From assembly GCA_965235115.1 (NCBI GenBank), contig OZ249436.1, forward strand, positions 47,928,001 to 47,992,000: 64,000 nt of DNA. The letters are read 5' to 3'. Origin of the DNA: Laetmonice hystrix. Its lineage: Eukaryota. Shown in pieces: positions 1 through 14,689 of the stretch; position 1 is the first letter of the stretch; each line of letters begins with the position of its first letter. The position numbers and the translations under genes were made by a program. Under the pieces are notes generated by a model, which saw only the letters and a program-made list of their open reading frames with translations, was not told the origin of the DNA and searched no databases.

Positions 1-791
1 GTGAGAGATTGAGAGAAAGATATTAGGGACTTTATTTGATTGTTATCCTTTCACTGAAACTTTCAGTGTAGACAGACGTGGCGTAGTGGGACTTGTTGGC
101 TGTTGTATTCATACGACTTAGAGCCAGGAGCCCTATATCAATACTCCCTAAATGGTCGATTACCATAATGTTGTTTTGGCAAGGTGCATCTCAAGGAAAA
201 TACTTATCTATAACTATCTTTTACACAAATGTATTTTTAAAAGCTATTGGATATTCCCACCCTAAAACTGAATTGCAAGACACATCGCTCAGAAAAGAGG
301 TGAATTGGTGTTTTTGAAAAAAAAGGTTCCTTGTATCCTTAATGAAAAATTGCATAGATGATCTGTACACAAGGTACTAATTACACCGACTACTGGTAGA
401 TATTGTGGGTGTAATGAACTAATTACACCGACAACTGGTAGATATTGTGGGTGTAATGACAATGAGTTTTATCTTACCAATTATTCCATTCATACGGCAA
501 CACTTTCAGAGCACTTTACGAGAGATTAATTTTGGTGAATCAGAATCTCTGGAGCGTAATAATTCCTGAATGGAAAATAGTCTTTGATACATCTTCTTTC
601 AAAACTATGGCGTGTGGATTGTTTAAAACTCGATTCTCTAGTGACCTATGGCCTTATCAACAGACTTTAACTGGGAAAAATCAGGGACAGGTTTGATGGC
701 GCATTATATTGATGTCATTCTTAGGCTGGATGATAATTTAAAGTGTTTTTGTTAGTGATGATTAAAACTGATGTTGTGTATGTGCCATCAG

Positions 792-885
792 ATACGAGGA
801 TGGCCAGGTGGGCGACTCTAACATTGACACCCGAGAGGAGAGGTACATTCAGGAGATTGTGAAGGCGGTCGGGTACCATACGTGA
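792..885 (+). CDS. Possible orphan terminal coding exon of an unidentified host gene (YEDGQVGDSNIDTREERYIQEIVKAVGYHT*)
   Basis: Preceded by ...ccatcAG. Protein-like open frame to TGA at 883-885, then a consensus donor GA|GTAAGT at 926/927. No family recognised. Confidence 0.25.
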
Positions 886-1524
886 TGATACATGCGATCA
901 GTTCACACAACACGACCACCATACGAGTAAGTAGCATCTCTTTGTACATAGAAAACTGTCCACAGATTCCCATCCTCCTAGATTACAATGGGGTTTTTGT
1001 TGTCAGCTTCATTTTGTAGATTATGTCTGAAAACGGGTGTGTAGAAATACCTCTCTCCGACAACATCTATGTGTAACATCATGACCGCGGCAATGATACT
1101 CGGTTCAGTTCAGCGTTATTTCGAGAAACCTGGCAATGGTGTACATTGTATACAGTGGTTGTCTCATAGTCATTCAATATGTCTTGTTGTCTCATAGTCA
1201 TACAACATGTCTTGTGGAATACAGATGACCAATTGTTGTGGGCATAGCGTGAGCCCAGGTAACTTCCCATACAGTTAATTATTTCGAGAAACCTGGCAAT
1301 GGTGTACATTGTATACATGTACAGTGGTTGTCTCATACAATATGTCTTGTGGAATACAGATGACCAATTGTTGTAGGCATAGCGTGAGCAAGGGCATAAT
1401 TTACTCGGTATCGAATTGCAGTTTGCGACCCAATTTCACCCCTTTGCGATTCAATAGCAGTATGCTTCGCAATGAATTGCTATTCAAATCTCTTCTGAGT
1501 AGCAGTCACTTTGGGTCAAAATTA

Positions 1525-2082
1525 ACCGGGGGACACAAACACATGAGCCATCAGATCGGGTAGCAGTACGTCAGGTTCCCCGGGGGACACAAACACAGGA
1601 GCCATCAGATCGGGTAGCAGTACGTCAGGTTCCCCGGGGGACACAAACACACGAGCCATCAGATCGGGTAGCAGTACGTCAGGTTCCCCGGGGGACACAA
1701 ACACACGAGCCATCAGATCGGGTAGCAGTACGTCAGGTTCCCCGGGGGACACAAACACACGAGCCATCAGATCGGGTAGCAGTACGTCAGGTTCCCCGGG
1801 GGACACAAACACATGAGCCATCAGATCGGGTAGCAGTCCGTCAGGTTCCCCGGGGGACACAAACACATGAGCCATTAGATCGGGTAGCAGTACGTCAGGT
1901 TCCCCGGGGGACACAAACACATGAGCCATCAGATCGGGTAGCAGTACGTCAGGTTCCCCGGGGGACACAAACACATGAACCATCAGATCGGGTAGCAGTC
2001 CGTCAGGTTCCCCGGGGGACACAAACACATGAGCCATCAGATCGGGTAGCAGTACGTCAGGTTCCCCGGGGGACACAAACAC
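1525..2082. repeat. Minisatellite, 54-bp unit, ~10 copies
   Basis: Unit cgggggacacaaacacatgagccatcagatcgggtagcagtacgtcaggttccc repeated head-to-tail. Explains the 18-aa-periodic ORF 1522-2130. Confidence 0.95.
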
Positions 2083-4118
2083 ATTATTCAGTTGATTTAC
2101 TCGGTTCTTGAGCATTTGATCTTTCAGCATTAAATTACTTTTCTGATTTGTTTACAAAGAACAAGATGACTTCTGACTGGGATTCTTGCATCAGCATTCT
2201 TCCAGAAACTGGAACCCACTGACAAAAAATATCACTTATCTTTTATTCATCAAATTTCCATCTCCCGCCCTCATTTAATTGTTTCCTCATCCCACTGGTT
2301 AAAACTTAATTGATTTTGTCTTTAATAATCTATAACCGACATTAGAAATCATTGATTTAACTCAGCTACATTCCCATATTCCCTGTAGGTTCACTCTTTT
2401 GGAAGAGTCTGTATGTGTTCAATGATAACAACTTCAACCTTCATTTAGTCTTGGAGGTCGTCTCTAAAAACGTCGGCAATGAACGTCGAAAATTCATATT
2501 GAAGTACGCCTCTTCTTCCTGGTTGTGATGATGTTACTAACTACGGCACCTCACGACCAACTACGTGTAGTCTGCCTCAGTCTACTACGACTCAATCCCG
2601 AGTTGGCCATGTTTGCGGACGCAGTAGGTAATAATGACTTGTCAACTGAGACAAGAGGCTTCTGCTGCTACATATTGTTGGCAGACACAGATCACTGTGA
2701 TTTTTTAATTATCACAATTATTACATATTCTCTCAAAGTTATTTGACATGTTGAATCCTGTATAACTGAATGTTTTTAAATTCGAGGATAAGATATAATA
2801 TAAGAGGGGTTACCATCGTTAATTCACGATACTACCGGTAATGTGTTATCCATGTTTCGTTCCTCCCCGCTTTTCTGTTGGCTACTTACTTTTACCATCG
2901 CAGCTTGCAGGGAACGTTTTCAAATGCCGCCATGGAACTCATGGCAGATGTGGAGTGAATTTACACAACCGAAGAAATACTCTTTCATGACGTCAGCATG
3001 TAAATATTTCGGTCCATTTAAGCCTTTTACCCACTTGTCTGTCAGGTACTTTTGTCCTGTCCAGGCCAAGAGATTTCGTGGAAAGTAATGAAGGAAATAG
3101 AAATGAGGTGTCAAATAGGCTTATTGCATTCCTTAATTAAGCTGACAAACGAGTCGTCAATGTTCTCGGAATGGCCAAGAACTTCTACTACATTGTACTT
3201 CTAATCTGAACTTTCCAAGAATTTTTTTTCACAGAATCTTCCTTTTATATATGAATTCCCAGTAGAAAAACATTAGAAATATATTGAGGAAAAGATTAGG
3301 AAACACTCTCAGGCCTAATCGTTCTTGATTTTTTTTCTTTTTTTCTTTAAAGAAGAAGACAGACATTAAGTGGTAAGCTTGATCAAGAGAGTATTTTTCC
3401 AGCTGGGCTTGTAGTCAATTTGTACTGGGACAACTTACAGCATGGACGGGTTAATTTATAGGCAGTGTATAGTTAGCCGGCAATGGCTAAATAAGATGAT
3501 CTTAGTTTGACTAATTACCGAATCGAAACAAATTGCTTGGGTTAGGGTTAGGGTCAGGCATAGGCTTAGTTTTAGGTGGCTGGTGTGTCCCGCGAGCACC
3601 GAAAGGGCGAGCCGTATGTTATGCGGGGGTCCAGGGGGCCTCTCCCAGAATTTTTTTTTTTAATTGGGCTTTCCTGGTATAATTATTAATTTAGAAGCCC
3701 CCTGCCCCCGGTTCCTACGCCTATGGACACTACATAATCCTAAGAACCGAAATTTACTATTCTCCCACGTCACAACATCCAGCAACATTTCTAGGTAAGG
3801 TCATACGACAGCGTGTACGTGAACGGACAAACTTTGTATATTCTGAACGGAGTTTGAAAACAATTTGTAATCAGTAATAAAGAACCATTTTGATCCCCAT
3901 ATTTGGTACCGTGCTCTATCGTTACTGTATCCATCCCCAGACTAGCTATCTTTCTCCATATGTCTACCCGGCAAGGTGGAGCGTAGACCATATCCCCGGA
4001 AAAGCCGGAAATTGTCACATGAGATGCGGAAGGAATGCACCATGGCGTAGGAGCCCGTCATCTTTAGAGGCTTCTACAGCTAGCTTTAGTGCGCAGACAT
4101 CAAACCTCATGACTGTCT

Positions 4119-5951
4119 ACAGGTCTGATATCAGACTTCCCCAGTGTCCATCATCCACACAGAGGTCTGACATCAGACTTCCCCAGTGTCAATCATCCAC
4201 ACAGAGGTCTGACATCAGACTTCCCCAGTGTCAATCATCCACACAGAGGTCTGACATCAGACTTCCCCAGTGTCAATCATCCACACAGAGGTCTGACATC
4301 AGACTTCCCCAGTGTCAATCATCCACACAGAGGTCTGACATCAGACTTCCCCAGTGTCAATCATCCACACAGAGGTCTGACATCAGACTTCCCCAGTGTC
4401 AATCATCCACACAGAGGTCTGACATCAGACTTCCCCAGTGTCAATCATCCACACAGAGGTCTGACATCAGACTTCCCCAGTGTCAATCATCCACACAGAG
4501 GTCTGACATCAGACTTCCCCAGTGTCAATCATCCACACAGAGGTCTGACGACAGACTTCCCCAGTGTCAATCATCCACACAGAGGGCTGACATCAGACTT
4601 CCCCAGTGTCAATCATCCACACAGAGGGCTGACATCAGACTTCCCCAGTGTCAATCATCCACACAGAGGGCTGACATCAGACTTCCCCAATGTCAATCAT
4701 CCACACAGAGGTCTGACATCAGACTTCCCCAGTGTCAATCATCCACACAGAGGTCTGACGTCAGACTTCCCCAGTGTCCATCATCCATACAGAGGTCTGA
4801 CATCAGACTTCCCCAGTGTCAATCATCCACACAGAGGTCTGACATCAGACTTCCCCAGTGTCAATCATCCACACAGAGGTCTGACGTCAGACTTCCCCAG
4901 TGTCAATCATCCACACAGAGGTCTGACGACATACTTCCCCAGTGTCAATCATCCACACAGAGGTCTGACGTCAGACTTCCCCAGTGTCAATCATCCACAC
5001 AGAGGTCTGACGACATACTTCCTCAGTGTCAATCATCCACACAGAGGTCTGACGTCAGACTTCCCCAGTGTCAATCATCCACACAGAGGTCTGACGACAT
5101 ACTTCCTCAGTGTCAATCATCCACACAGAGGTCTGACGTCAGAATTCCCCAGTGTCAATCATCCACACAGAGGTCTGACGACATACTTCCCCAGTGTCAA
5201 TCATCCACACAGAGGTCTGACGACATACTTCACCAGTGTCAATCATCCACACAGAGGTCTGACGTCAGACTTCCCCAGTGTCAATCATCCACACAGAGGT
5301 CTGACGACATACTTCCCCAGTGTCAATCATCCACACAGAGGGTGACGTCAGACTTCCCCAGTGTCAATCATCCACACAGAGGTCTGACGACATACTTCCT
5401 CAGTGTCAATCATCCACACAGAGGTCTGACGTCAGACTTCCCCAGTGTCAATCATCCACACAGAGGTCTGACGTCAGACTTCCCCAGTGTCAATCATCCA
5501 CACAGAGGTCTGACGTCAGACTTACCCAGTGTCAATCATCCACACAGAGGTCTGACGTCAGACTTCCCCAGTGTCAATCATCCACACAGAGGTCTGACGA
5601 CATACTTCCCCAGTGTCAATCATCCACACAGAGGTCTGACGTCAGACTTCCCCAGTGTCAATCATCCACACAGAGGTCTGACATCAGACTTCCCCAGTGT
5701 CAATCATCCACACAGAGGTCTGACGTCAGACTTCCCCAGTGTCAATCATCCACACAGAGGTCTGACGTCAGACTTACCCAGTGTCAATCATCCACACAGA
5801 GGTCTGACATCAGACTTCCCCAGTGTCAATCATCCACACAGAGGTCTGACGTCAGACTTCCCCAGTGTCAATCATCCACACAGAGGTCTGACGTCAGACT
5901 TACCCAGTGTCAATCATCCACACAGAGGTCTGACGTCAGACTTACCCAGTG
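4119..5951. repeat. Minisatellite, 39-bp unit, ~47 copies
   Basis: Unit agaggtctgacatcagacttccccagtgtcaatcatccacac-type with point variants and a short deletion near 5340. Explains ORFs 3890-6112 and 5320-5952. Confidence 0.95.
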
Positions 5952-6893
5952 ACATCCACACAGCCAGCAGAGAGTTGTACGTCAAACTGTACAGGGTCAC
6001 ATGCCCAAGGTACTGCCTACACTGTGACTTAAACCTACCACCTCCTGTAGCCCTTTCCATTGGTAGGAAATGGCTATTGTTGGGTCGTCTTACATCATTC
6101 CAGAAGTATTAACTTTTGTATGAGCACCTTCTCCAATGAAGTTTTACGTTCCTTTTAATATGTCTGAGGGAAACTTTATTTTCCTGGGTCTCAACGCTAG
6201 CCCCCTCCCCTCCCCCCCCCCCCAAAAAAAAAAAGACACACACAGACACACACTTGAGGACAGGACGAACAGTGGAAGTGACTAATTTGGAAATTCCCTC
6301 TCAACCTTAGCTGAAGTAGGACTGAACTTCACTGTAAAGCCTACGCTTGGAACATTAATGTGGAGAGACTGATGGGACGATTGAGATGTACGTAAAACAC
6401 AAGAGGCTGTGAGAGGGGATGGGCGGATAGCGGCTGGAGGTATAGAATAGAGCTAATAGGATTGTCTGGCAGTGAAAGGGGCTGGATATCTGATTCCGAG
6501 AGATTGCTGCCACTGGAGGCAGCGAGTGTGCGAGTACGTCGGGTGAGCCTTGAGTCTACAGGCGGTGGGATGTCAACGGATATGAGCTGATGTTCCATGC
6601 GCGAGGCGAGCGCCGGGTCCAACCAGTTCTGTTTACATCATGAGGACGGCGTCAAGGAGTCACTCCGAATACTTTATACACAGACACCCAATCGGGAGAA
6701 TCTGCTGCCTAATGGCAACGTCAAGATATTGCCTGCACAACCTGCAGTGCTTTGTTCCCAGATGAGAACAATGGCGGCAGGAGGGTTCGTGTGAAATGGA
6801 ATGACCTCTTGGTGCAAACTTTCCGGCCGTGTACAAGAAGTACAAGAAGACTGCCACAAAGTTGGACTGGGAAAGTGGCAAAAAATACGTCTA

Positions 6894-7784
6894 AAGCCCC
6901 CGTCACACTTTCCCGGATCGCGCGCCGGGTGTTGCCGGATCGGGGCTACGGGCGCATCCGGCATGATCCGTGGTCCGATCCGGCGTGATCCGGGATGTTC
7001 CGTAGCTACCCGTGGCAACCCGTACCGATTCGTAGCGGTCTTTCGATCCGTAGAAAAGTTTTGAACATGTTCAAAACTTTTTCGATTTCGACCACGGATA
7101 AAATCGCCGTAGCGGATCCGTAGCAACCCGTAGATGACCCGTAGTAACCCGTAGACGATACGTAGCAACCCTTAGTGGACACTTAGCGTTTCCCTAGTAA
7201 GCCGTGATCACGTGATCGGTGATGAATCCACTACGTGTTGTTAGGTATCCTTCCCGGGTTGGTACGTATAAGTAAGTATTGGTATGTATAGGAACGGATC
7301 ATACCAAGTATTGGTACGTATCCACTACGGCTTGATACGGTGTGCTACGGTGGTACCCTACGTATTGTGGCGGGTTGGTATGGCTTGCTACGGGTTGCTT
7401 CAAATCAAGGTGGCCAACGCGTGTGTCATGTGGTGACGCTCGCCTATATATTGTCGAGCACCCCAACCTGTTCAATCCGTAATAACCCGTCGGAGATACG
7501 TAACAGCCCGTAGTAATCCTTAGTGGAACCGCATCAACCTGTAAGAGAGCCGTAGTGAGCCATAGTAAGCCGTACCTATACGGAGTAGCCCCGGGAAGCT
7601 ATCCGTAACAATCCTTCTCAACCCGTAGTAACCCCTACTGGAGCCGTGTCAATCCTTGTCAACCCGTTCTGGATACGGAGTTCCACGCATCATCGCCTTT
7701 CCAGGTCACGGAAGCTGCCGGATCGCCTTGCCCTACGGATCATTCCAAACCGTCGCTTGGTCCGGGAAAGTGTGACAGGGGCTT
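6894..7784. mobile_element. Non-autonomous DNA transposon (MITE), PIF/Harbinger-like termini
   Basis: Left aagcccccgtcacactttcccgga and right tccgggaaagtgtgacaggggctt are ~24-bp TIRs with 1 mismatch. Flanks TAA/TAG. Interior rich in CCGTAG/CTACGG repeats. Confidence 0.75.
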
Positions 7785-10700
7785 AGGTTCAAATTTGCTC
7801 ACGCAGACTTTCCTTGTATTGATTTTCTTTGTAGATTTTGAAAGTGTTTGCGATTCTGCAATGGGGCTATTTTGTCCGTCCCCCCTCCCCCAATACGGGT
7901 CTGAAAGAGCAGTGCGTGCAGCATGAGGGTGAGAACACCCGGCTGGCTGAACAAACACCTCTTGATCAAGGCCTCCGGACCGGGCTGTATTGTTCGTTTG
8001 GCAACTGTACGGGGCGGTGCATCACAAATGTCGGATTGTACAACCCGGCCGGCGGAACGGAGATAAGTAGGACCTCTAGTGTTGTTGAGGGAATTCAGCG
8101 TGCAATGAATGGACCCTGTAGGGCCGTCATTCTAGTCTTTATGTGGCTAGTCAAGGACGTGTAGTGAATGTACTATAACCTGGTACCTTGGACGGTGGGT
8201 TCTTTGAGTTACACTGAGCACCTGCTTACGTTAATTACGGTCAGGTTCAGTGCTCAGACAGATGCTGGAAACTTGCAACAGGAAATGGCGGTTATGGACG
8301 TATTGAATTTGATAGGCTTTCATGAAAACATCACAGCCACCTCTGACTGCTCCCCATGAAAGTATATTGATTTCATACATTTCAGCAGAATCAAGAGAAT
8401 TAGCCCTTTGCCGGCTTGTTTTTGACTATTCTTACATTCTATTCTGGGCATGTTCCTGTTGGGAGTGCCATGTTGTATACTGAATAAAGGCAATACCTAA
8501 TTTCCTGAGCACCGCATTTCCTGAAGTGCTTTTTTAGATGTCGACAGATAGAATCCTAGAACAAGGTCGGACTGGTGCATGCAGAACTTTACAAGGAAAG
8601 CCGATTTCGTTACTACCGATTTTTGCCGAGGGATAAATTCTGCTACTGATGTCCGTACCTGTCATGCGCATGCGCACCGGGTAGAGTTGGCAGGATTCAT
8701 GTGCACGATATTTGGACATTTGGTGATAAGAATAAAATATCTATTACTATTTTGTGACCCCAAACATAAAGCTACGATCCAGTGTGTACGCTGTGCGTCA
8801 TGCGTACTGCGGTTCATCAAAATCTACCCCCCGCATCTACCTACATGGGCATAAATCCAACTGTGATTTAGACATACGCAAATGTCCCTTCATATATTCT
8901 TTGTGTCCCGCAGTGGAGTTGTAATTGAGACATGTAATGAACAATTATCTTTTGAAAAGTGTTCGGTGACAGTGACATTTGGTGTTTTTCAACTGCCGAC
9001 TGCTGTGATGGATAGATTATGTTTCATCCGTGTTCTAATAGATGTAGTAACCTTGAATAGTATATTCACAGTCACAAGTCTTTCTTGACAAAGGTTGATT
9101 CTGAGTTACTGTAACTTTATACGGGTTATACTATTGACAAAGATTAGTCCTGTGTTCTTTTACACTTGGGGGGGGGGGGGGGGGGGGGTCAGCATGGTCT
9201 ATTCAGAAAGTTGTATGGGGAAAGTAGAAAAATGGTTTCCCTCCCGCAAGTTGCTAGTATATTATATGTCCCAGCAGCTGTGCATAACTTTCATCTCGAA
9301 TTAAGTGTCAGGCAAATGTGTCCAAACGAGAATGTAGCAGCAAAAATAAAAGCGTAGCGGAATGTCTATACGCTACAACGGTTTAGTGATAACCCCGGTG
9401 ATGATACATGTAGTTTCTATTGCCTATGTGGAACTCTAAGAGGTTTGCTTCTTTAAGGAAAGTTTGTTATAGACGAGAAAGCTTATTATTTTGCAGTCGG
9501 TATGATTGAGGGGACTGACTCCTTGAAATATTATATGCCAATCCTAATGTTTTTAATTAATATTTCGGTAAACAGCAAGAGTCAAACGAAAACATGAAGG
9601 GGGAGATTCAAAATAATACCTGTAAATTCAATCTGCACCACTCGTCGTTTTATTAGTTTGAAAATTTCCACATCTGAAATGCTCGAGATTAAACGCTTAA
9701 TTTGAAAATTCTCTTTCTCTGACTGAAAGAAAGGCTTATAGTAGTTATGGGGAGTGAATGAAAGCATTCTTAACAATGAACCGTTAAAAAGTGTTCTACC
9801 TTGAACAGACGTTTGTAGATTAGTCGGGAACCAGGACAGCTTTTAAAGCTGCAAACGCAGCAGAAACACCGCTTTGACACATACACGACCATTGGGCACA
9901 GACTGAGGCTGCAGCAATGGGCTGCCATATACACTGCGATCATGAGAACTCCTTCATTTGTATCCTGTCCGTCTCTACATTGTTAAAAGTTTCTGTAGTT
10001 TGCAAGGTCCGGTCTGTTATCTAAGTGAGAACCAGGATAATGCAACTATTAGAACACCTTTGTCGTTTTTCTGTGAATCCAGTAGATCTGATACAATAGT
10101 TCGCGGTGAATGACATCGGTATAAATACTGACGGACACAAGATACACTGGATCTGATGCTGTTGGCTGTCATGTTCAACATGTTCCCCGAGAAGTGCACA
10201 TGATTTTGTTCAAACGTGTCCTCACAAATCTATTGCTCATGGAAACACGCACCAAACAATGCAAACATGACTGAAACATGATATATCTCCGGTGTGGTTT
10301 GGCGTCAGGCGCAATTGGCCAACATGCTGCACTGACTACTGTGTAAAACACATGTTTTAAGCAGGAGAATTTGGCCAATTGCATTCTTAAATTATATCAG
10401 AGAAAATGAGGAGAGGCTAAATTAAACAATCCAATGCTTGAGAGGGTCATGGCGGCAGTATATTTCTGTTGATACCTGCACTATCACTATGCAGTCACTG
10501 TCAACCATTGCGGTCAGGAAAGAAGATTTTAATGGACAAATAAAGTACCTTCCAAACTCATTCTTTATACATATGGAATGGGTAGAGATTTGGGACGGGT
10601 TCCATGATTTCATATAGGAATATTAAAATTTCCAAACCGTTTACCGAAGATGCGGCAAAAAGAACTTCGAATAGGGTTTGCTTTTCTGCTACCCTCGGTG

Positions 10701-11394
10701 ATCATTGGCTCATTAGGGTAGATAGATTAAGCGCCTCTTTAGATTTGGCAGAGTGGTTTTATCTAAGACCAAACCTTTTTTGTGGCCTGTCTCTGGTTCC
10801 GACGATAGAAGACAACCAATTCTAACAAGTTCCCTCCTGGGCCTACTCCAGCTGCCCGGCCCATTGCTATCTTAAATGATGGTAGTCGGGCGATTAAAGC
10901 GACAGGCTCGTCCGTGAGACCATGCTCGTAGCCACTTAGTGGCCTATTTGATAACTACGACCGTGAGGTAATTTATCGTCGCGAGACCTAGCGACCCTAC
11001 TGAGAACAGTTTCAATGTCTCCAGGCAATCTGACACCTAGATGGTTTGAGTACTTACTGGCCCCAAACTCCACCACCAGGGAAAGCCTCTTTGGTATTTA
11101 ATTTTTTTGTTAACGGAATCTTACATCCTGACGGAAAACGAATGAGACAATCGACCGAACTACATCTACATTACACAAAGAATGGTACTCACTGACAAAT
11201 ATCTTTGGCCAATAATAGGCGGCCGATTCAGCCTTCCGTGATCTAAAACCAGATCTGACTAATACAGGCGATACAATTCCCGAGCACGCCTGGACATCGC
11301 TGCATGCTGTGTCAGACCAGCATCTGGTGGCACAGATGGATTTGGATCCTTCAAGTACCATTTTTGTCCCCAGTGCTTCTCAACTGAGCCATCA

Positions 11395-11605
11395 AAAGCT
11401 TTGGTATGTCCAGCCGTGTCTGCGACTGGGCATGTAAAAGAACCCTTGCCATTTTTCGAAAAGAGTATGGGATTGCCTCCCGGTGGCAGGTTTCTTTCTC
11501 ACTTCATCCTCATCATCACCCACCCACTGGGGGTAAAATAGGTCCCTTGACCGTATTAAATGTTTCCTATCGCCATGAGTATGACTGAAATACTGTGGAC
11601 GGGGC
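11395..11605 (+). mobile_element. Probable SINE 3' portion
   Basis: Ends in ...ctgaaatactgtggacggggcgtaagacc...ttcacgcac, resembling the tail at 27913-27983 (ctgaaatattgctgactgggcgttaaacacc...tcactcacgcac). Family assignment is inference. Confidence 0.4.
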
Positions 11606-13635
11606 GTAAGACCTCCATTCACGCACGGCCTATAGTAGCATAATCAAAGGAGACTCATCAAGGGGCAACACCCAGCCGCCCATTCTCCCCAATTGTCACC
11701 AATCCTCGCTATGAGAACGTCTTACGATTTTTACAAAAATTCTGCTGTGTACCGCTTACCTAATCAGTAGACATTAGAATTCCCCACATCTCCTAATTGT
11801 TTTAAATGCATCCCCACTTCCTATGGCAACTGAGGCCAAGATGTTAACTTCAGCCTGGTTACTATGGTGTGGAGAGACAGGGCATCACGGGAGACATGCC
11901 CAGAGAGGTATTCATGTGAATAATGTGTGTCGTGGTCCCCGGATACAGGAAGATGATAGACTGTGCGGCTGTCAGTGTGGGCGTCGAACTCACCAAGTCA
12001 ACGGGGACCAACGCCAAACCCAGAGGCATGAGAAAGCACATATAGGGGGGCCTAAAACTGTCACACCTCACCTTGAGAAGGTCATGGGTCGATCAGAAAA
12101 GATAGATAAAGAGCATGTCTGGGAACCTAGTCTGACTATCTTATCTCTCGGAAACATCGCATGAACTTGAAGCATCCCTTGTTGAAAGAGAATTTGCATT
12201 TAGAGTACTTTACGAAATTAAGGCTCACCTGTAACATGCGAATGAACCGGGAAAGTGGCATGTGCGCCAAACTGTTATTGTGCAGTGTCTAATAATAAAA
12301 CAATAGTTTGTGAACATTGTTCACTGTTCTGAGTGAATGAGCGGCCAACAAACCAACAGACATGATTCTACCTGACAGGCACGTTGTTCCATTGTCCTCA
12401 GCGGATATTCTCTCGCCGTATTGTCAGCGCTGAAACATAATCAACTTATTAAAGGTAGCAGAAGATAAGTTATACAAGTTGAAAGAAGAATGCCGTCACG
12501 TGGGAGTCGAGGCCTGTCACACAGAGCTCAGGCTCCAGCAATTCCCATGTTGTCGGCTCTTGAGTCCAAGAACTTGCCGTAAAACGGCAAATTCTGCCAT
12601 TTCTCAATGTGGCCACCCCCAAAACCCATGAATAAACCTCCGTGACGATCGAGAATTCGTTTCTTGCGTTTTTTTCCGAACATTTTACGCGACATGCTTG
12701 CCAAGAGGCCGACGGGAAATATCCCATGGTCCATGTGGTTCATGTGCAGCTGACGCAACCACATGGACCCCGCCCCCCCCCCCCCCCCGATCTGCCACTG
12801 GCCGATGTCGCTATGCAATGCTGCACATCGGAAAACCTCTGCCTCTCACACAAACAAGTAAGACATCATGTTCTGCTGTGCCAACAGGTCGTAAAATCAA
12901 CATTACTATACCGGAACCCTTTGGTTAGAGTTAAGGGTTAGAGTAGGTTTACGATTAGTTTTCAGTTAATGGATCCATTAGAAGCTATGGGGTGTGAGAT
13001 TGCGTGTTACTACCATCCCGGGTAACATCGATATTTCTTCCATGCCAAGAGCCCAGTCGTAACAGGAATGGGAAATCTCACGGGAAATGTCGCAGGAAGC
13101 ACACCATTCACTTCAGTGCCCCCCCCCCCGTCTCCGGGAGGGTACATTCATTAACATCCAAACGTGTTGGAGGTCACAGCACACATACCAGTGTGTCCGG
13201 GGAGACCTGCTACTGGCATCAGTAAATAAACGGCGCCTTTCACAAGGTAAATGAGTCTGTGTTGGATTGCCTCTTTGTAGAAGGGCTTCATTGGCGTGGA
13301 GGCGGGGACTCTCACGGAGAAGGTCTGCCTATTGTGGTCATCGTGCGCAATTTGTATCTGCCTGCCGTGGACATTTCGAGCGAGATGTACCACCCCAGCC
13401 TGAAACCAATTTCCTGTTTGTGGGGATCAAGTTTGCATCCTTGTGTAGATTGTAAACTTGACAAAGCCAACCTTGTCATTGATATTGTTGTAGGCCCAGG
13501 TAGGGCAACGGGGAGATGATGGTCAACATCAATGATTGCTTTAATATAAAATTCAATATTGAGGTCATTGATGCGACCAGTTGCTTCGCTCAGAAATGTA
13601 CGGAAAAGGAGCAATAATTCTCAAATGTCATATTA

Positions 13636-14643
13636 GGGGCAGACCATTTAATAGCTGGGGGGGGGGTATGGTTTTTTCGTAAAAAAAAGTTTGTTTGCCA
13701 AATTGACCCAAAAAAATAGTTTGCTCCCAAATGTGTGTGAAAAAATCATTTGTTTAGCAATGTGAGTGAAAAAAATAGATTGTTGACAGGCAGCAGATTT
13801 ATAAGAAAAAATCTGCCCGAAATTGCTAAAAAAATAAAAGAAGACCAAAACTTCTCCTCGCTCCGCTCGATCAACAGTGTTAGTTAGGCATACTCTGTAC
13901 AATACTGAGTAAAACATATCAATATGACATGCACTTGAATACTAGTATGTATAACTTGTATGGTTTATGTAGACATTCGCTTGCACTACAAGACATTTGA
14001 AAGCCCACAAATATGTGAAGACAATTAGAACTTCCAATTTGTTTCATAGTCTATTATAAAAGTACTGCATGGTTCAAAGCTGAGTACAGTACAATCATAC
14101 ATTCCTAAGACTGTGTTAGAGCCGTTATATCTAGGAACCTGGCTGGGGGGAAGCATACAGTTTTGCCCCCCCCCCCCCCCAGCTCCAAGGTGGCAGGAGA
14201 TGGTCATGACCGTCAGCGGGCCTAGATTTTGTTCCCATATGCCAGGAAAACGTGCATTTGGCACATTAATTTTCAAATTTTCGGGGGGAGGGCCCCCAGA
14301 CCCCCCCCCCCTCGAGGCTTCCCGCCTTCGACGTTCTTATCACCAGCATTTCAAAACTTGGTACTTGGAACCTATGATTTGGTCTCCCCCCCCCGCCAAC
14401 CTGTGAATCCAGCGCCTATGTCTGTGGAACAGGAATTTACGGGATAACATAGATTTCTCTAATGGTTGCTGCAGAATTATGTCCCGGAAAAAAAAAGTTT
14501 GTCTCTGCCAACTCGGGGAAAAAAATTGTTTGCTTTTGATCAGGGAGAAAAAAAAAAGTTTGTTTTTTGTTGAAAGTAAAAAAAAAAAGTTTGGTCAGAA
14601 AGAAAAACCATACCCTCCCCCCAGCTATTAAATGGTCTGCCCC
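13636..14643. mobile_element. MITE, PIF/Harbinger-like, TTA target-site duplication
   Basis: TIR ggggcagaccatttaatagctgggggg...gtatggttttt / aaaaaccatacc...ccccccagctattaaatggtctgcccc. TTA immediately outside both ends (13633-35, 14644-46). Confidence 0.85.
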
Positions 14644-14689
14644 TTACCATCATACATTCGTCATCCTGCCTGCGGCTACACATTGAGGT

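Noticed and set aside
1522..2130. 202-aa ORF with 18-aa repeats
   Set aside because: Product of the 54-bp tandem repeat.
3890..6112. 740-aa ORF (and 210-aa overlapping ORF)
   Set aside because: Translation of a stop-free 39-bp minisatellite. Frame shifts mid-array and there is no domain or splice support.
6597..6893. Protein-like fragments upstream of the MITE at 6894
   Set aside because: Short, frame-inconsistent and unrecognisable.
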